A stretch of DNA of 64,000 bases from Waterburya sp. (GTDB lineage: Bacteria; Cyanobacteriota; Cyanobacteriia; Cyanobacteriales; Xenococcaceae). The translations under genes were made by a program, and so were the position numbers. The notes under the pieces were generated by a model. That model saw nothing but the letters and a program-made list of their open reading frames with translations. It searched no databases and was not told where the DNA came from. The stretch covers positions 4,864,001 to 4,928,000 of the forward strand of contig CBDCJV010000002.1 in assembly GCA_965217895.1 (NCBI GenBank), read 5' to 3'. Positions 60,753-64,000 of this stretch are shown here, one piece after another. Every line of letters begins with the position of its first letter. The first letter of the stretch is position 1.

Positions 60753-61397
60753 TTAAACAGAAAGAGATCTAACTGTTTCTTTGTCTAGATTTAGATAGAT
60801 GTAATCTTCATCCATACGAGCGATCGCCGACATGGGTAAGGTTAATTCTTTTTTGTGCCATAAATGCCCTTCTTCTAGTACTAGATGGGTAATGTGTCGA
60901 TCCTGGGGATCGAGCAAAAATTCTTCTATCCGCCCAATATGCCCATCTGTGGCTTCTACTGATGCGCCTCTGTGGATCGCTATCTCCCCAGCAGGAATTA
61001 TTTCCTCTTCTACTGGCATAGAAAATATATCTGTACTCATATCTCCGCCCATAGTTGGATCGGACCACATCAAATAAGAAGTGCGATCGGCGATCGCTTT
61101 GTCGCTAAAGTCTTCTAACGCTTCATACTTATAGGTAACAGGATTGAGGAAACGCATTTCGGTAAAGGGAGGCATAGCAGCCAATTCCTCTTTAGTGCAG
61201 CCTAAGGCAATAGATTCGGGGGTAGTTCTCACAACTTGGTCAATCGATACCAAATGTTTACGAGACTCCAACAAGTTAGAAACTTTGACTACAAAGTGAG
61301 TTACTTTTTGACTGTTACGCTCAACGATTACATGAGTTGATTTGCCGCATTCACCATCAACGCAGACAACTTTCGCATCTAAAGAAATTTCTTTCAT
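60753..61397 (-). CDS. PRC-barrel domain protein (tandem)
   Basis: V.C.DGECG...THFVV and GASVEATDGHIGRI...ITHLVL repeats. Confidence 0.78.
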   Translation of the reverse strand: MKEISLDAKVVCVDGECGKSTHVIVERNSQKVTHFVVKVSNLLESRKHLVSIDQVVRTTPESIALGCTKEELAAMPPFTEMRFLNPVTYKYEALEDFSDKAIADRTSYLMWSDPTMGGDMSTDIFSMPVEEEIIPAGEIAIHRGASVEATDGHIGRIEEFLLDPQDRHITHLVLEEGHLWHKKELTLPMSAIARMDEDYIYLNLDKETVRSLSV

Positions 61398-61673
61398 TTT
61401 CCTTACCGAACTTTTAATGCCTGAGTATATTGTGGCACAATTAATAAAACTACTGATGTACCAAAAATCTTTTTCTTAAATCGTAAATAACCTTCTCTAG
61501 ATACCAGCTTTCCAACTTCCCTGGATGTGTATATCTTTCGAGGTTGATGAGTTTTTTAGCTATATCTTCTTCATTACCAGCTTCACCATACAGCAAGAGC
61601 CATAGTTCTCATTAAATCTATGCCGAGTTCAGTTAGCCAAAACTAAGATTGCACGATTATTTACAGCTTTGAT

Positions 61674-62468
61674 TTATTCTGTGTCAATCACAAAACTATT
61701 TGCCTCCATAATTTGATAGAAATTAATATCTGATTCAACTAAGCAAGCATGACCACTATGAGGTAAAGTGACTGCTGCTGCCTGGGGAAAAATCATTGCC
61801 AAATGTTTAACCTCTTCCACCGAAGGCAAAATTAAGTCTTTCTCACTACCGATTAACAAGACTGGTTGAGTTATCTGCCGTAGTTTGGTTTCATCAATGG
61901 TAAATTCTCGCATCATTGTCAAACGTTGTTGAGCAGTTTGTTTAGGAGCAGATTTAATTGTCTCTTTTAAGCCTTGACGAGCTTGAGGTGTAAGGTGACT
62001 AATGGGAGCCAAAAACGGTAGAGAAAGCCAGGCAGAATGATTATAAAAAAAGTCTGGCGTTAGGGGAAATAACAGCGAGCCAAAATTAAGCCAGGGAACT
62101 CGATGAAATGAAGAGGCGGGGTTGACTAAAACAATTCCTTTAAACAAGTCAGGTGCTTGCAGCAGCATTTTAAGTGCTACACAACCGCCAAATGATTCCC
62201 CACAAAGATAGACAGGACGTTCAGGAGTTTTCGCTAATTCGGCTTCGGTAAGAGCCAATGCCGACTCTGCCAAAAGATCGAAATCATCGATATCTTCGGG
62301 AGGAATGACAAAACAGCGCACGTCAAAGCCAGCTTCTAAACTATCTGTTTGCAACGACATCAAGTCTTTTCCTGTTTCATCTAATCCTGGTAAAAAAATT
62401 AACAGGGGAAGATTTGGTTTACTTGCTTGAGGATTAAAAAAGTAAGCATCGTGTTGGAGTTCGGGCAT
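61674..62468 (-). CDS. alpha/beta hydrolase (esterase/lipase-like)
   Basis: FLPGLD.TG, GESFGG, VNPASSF, SGHACL. Confidence 0.88.
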   Translation of the reverse strand: MPELQHDAYFFNPQASKPNLPLLIFLPGLDETGKDLMSLQTDSLEAGFDVRCFVIPPEDIDDFDLLAESALALTEAELAKTPERPVYLCGESFGGCVALKMLLQAPDLFKGIVLVNPASSFHRVPWLNFGSLLFPLTPDFFYNHSAWLSLPFLAPISHLTPQARQGLKETIKSAPKQTAQQRLTMMREFTIDETKLRQITQPVLLIGSEKDLILPSVEEVKHLAMIFPQAAAVTLPHSGHACLVESDINFYQIMEANSFVIDTE

Positions 62469-62544
62469 AACTAGATTAATTAAGTAAACAAAGAGTAATG
62501 CTTCACTTTCCTAACGCCTAAAATTCTTGAAAAATTCCCTAAGA

Positions 62545-63276
62545 TTATTCAATCAAATTTTGCTGGACTGCAATCATATCTCGACCAACTTTAAGATAAG
62601 AATAGCCCTTTGAAGCAAGAACATCTCCGCATTCTACGGTTTGTTCGGGCAAAAGATGAACATACTCAAAGTTAATTAGATCTGGTAGTAAGCCTGATTG
62701 AAACGCCATCTTCAAAACTTCGTAATCAAATCCCTCAGTATCTATTTGTAGAAGATTGACGTGCTGAAGAGAATGTTTTTTTAACAGGGAATTAATCGTC
62801 ATTGCAGGCACTTCGATTGTTTCGATAAATTCCTCGATATTAGAAATTACGGGCTTGTTTTTGAGAATAATATTGCGATCAAAGCTGGCAAGTTGCCTAA
62901 CATATTTAGGCAGTGATTCATCTTCAATAACCCGATACATTGTTGCAACACCATTTTCGTTAGCGATCGCACAGTTTTCTGGGACTATATTTGGTATACT
63001 CTCATATGTATTTGTCAGCTCTTGATATAGACTTGGCAAAGGTTCGACTAAAATGCCAGACCAATTTCCCTCTGCAATGATCGAATGTACTGGGTCATCA
63101 CTCTTGCCATCATTAGCACCAATTTGAACAATAGTTGGTTGAGTAGTATTCCCGTACAATTGTTTGACTAATAGTTTTAGTACGTTAATATTTTTTTCGG
63201 GAAATTCGCGAATTCGTTGAAGATTATAACCATTTTTCCAGAGTACCGACTGAACTATCTCTTTGACTAATTTCAT
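62545..63276 (-). CDS. FkbM-family methyltransferase
   Basis: VQIGANDG, LVEP, LLQIDTEGFD. Confidence 0.88.
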   Translation of the reverse strand: MKLVKEIVQSVLWKNGYNLQRIREFPEKNINVLKLLVKQLYGNTTQPTIVQIGANDGKSDDPVHSIIAEGNWSGILVEPLPSLYQELTNTYESIPNIVPENCAIANENGVATMYRVIEDESLPKYVRQLASFDRNIILKNKPVISNIEEFIETIEVPAMTINSLLKKHSLQHVNLLQIDTEGFDYEVLKMAFQSGLLPDLINFEYVHLLPEQTVECGDVLASKGYSYLKVGRDMIAVQQNLIE

Positions 63277-63379
63277 GTTGTATAATCTCTAACTTTTATT
63301 GGTGAACTAAATTTCAGATATAGTGTAAAAATTTTCTTACAATAAAGGAAAGCAGCGTTCTTGGTAAAGAATTTTTATA

Positions 63380-64000
63380 TTACTGTTCTTGATAGTTCCA
63401 TAGCAAACCTCCATCAACATAAAAAGTTGAGCCTGTGATATATCTAGCTTCATCGGATGCCAAGAACGCTACAAGTCCAGAAACATCTTCAGGTTCTCCC
63501 AAACGTCCCAAGGGGATATTTTTGGTGACTTTTGCTAGCAGTTCGGGATTGTTGAGCAGGTTGTGATTGATAGGAGTTGCGATCGCGCCTGGGGCAACAT
63601 TATTAATTGTAATGCCCATCGATCCTAGTTCTACTGCTAAATTACGCATAATCATTTTGACCCCGCCTTTGCTAGCACAATAGGAAGTAAAGTGAGGAAA
63701 AGGTAGCTCTTCGTGGACAGAGCTAATGTTAATAATTTTGCCTTTATTACTAGTTGCTCGAAAATGCTTAACTACGGCTTGAGTAGCAAAAAATACTGCT
63801 TTGAGATTGACGTTTAATACTAAGTCATAATCTGCTTCGGTTACATCCCAAAAGTCGGCTCGTTTTTCTAAACCTGCATTGTTGACTAAAATATCTACCT
63901 TGCCAAAATGATCGATACCTTGCTGAACTAGATTGTTAATGTGATCGACTTTACTTAGATCTGCCTGGATGATTAGACCTTCAGAGCCAGCTTGTTCGAT
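63380..64000 (-). CDS. SDR oxidoreductase, glucose 1-dehydrogenase-like (5' end outside the window)
   Basis: Frame open to the window edge: LVNNAG, NISSVHE, YCASKGG, PGAIATPIN, VDGG. Confidence 0.9.
   Translation of the reverse strand: MEQAGSEGLIIQADLSKVDHINNLVQQGIDHFGKVDILVNNAGLEKRADFWDVTEADYDLVLNVNLKAVFFATQAVVKHFRATSNKGKIINISSVHEELPFPHFTSYCASKGGVKMIMRNLAVELGSMGITINNVAPGAIATPINHNLLNNPELLAKVTKNIPLGRLGEPEDVSGLVAFLASDEARYITGSTFYVDGGLLWNYQEQ

Noticed and set aside
28671..61077. Further shadow ORFs (e.g. 28671, 31324, 33048, 33173, 36742, 41681, 44800, 49116, 50321, 52737, 53266, 53838, 54609, 55044, 57209, 60808, 60832)
   Set aside because: They overlap confident genes and have no independent coding evidence
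1..64000. High density of GCGATCGC
   Set aside because: This is the well-known cyanobacterial HIP1; used only as a taxonomic clue

Overview
64-kb chromosomal window from a cyanobacterium. The evidence is the very abundant HIP1 octamer GCGATCGC, 7-bp STRR tracts, and genes such as sigE, ndhR, crtR, sqdX and devBCA; a Pleurocapsales-like affiliation is only a guess. Most of it is housekeeping: pfkB kinase, phnM, ktrBA, lipA, priA, sigE, mscL, mraY, lepB, prs, bioD, tldD, cysQ, tenA, tetR-devBCA, sqdX, nagA, purE, crtR, menC, ndhR. Four things stand out. (1) A ~10-kb locus (5.7-16 kb) has three co-directional TPR-fused tailoring enzymes (GT61, methyltransferase, sulfotransferase), a serine hydrolase-fold protein and a GT2 around a small RTX protein, which makes it a candidate protein/surface-glycan assembly line. 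(2) A 1.5-kb transposase-free element (34705-36205) has 24-bp inverted ends and a 6-bp direct repeat, carries HTH, Uma2 and an unknown gene, and lies beside a TPR remnant and an orphan Dnd-associated gene. (3) There are many miniature mobile elements (IS630-, IS1- and IS200/605-like). Heptamer tracts in three different scaffolds start right after the same G(C/T)TCG(T/A) motif. (4) A nested structured repeat with covarying stems is inserted in frame in priA. No rRNA, tRNA, CRISPR array or transposase gene was recognised. All calls come from reading the sequence and motifs; no database search was run.
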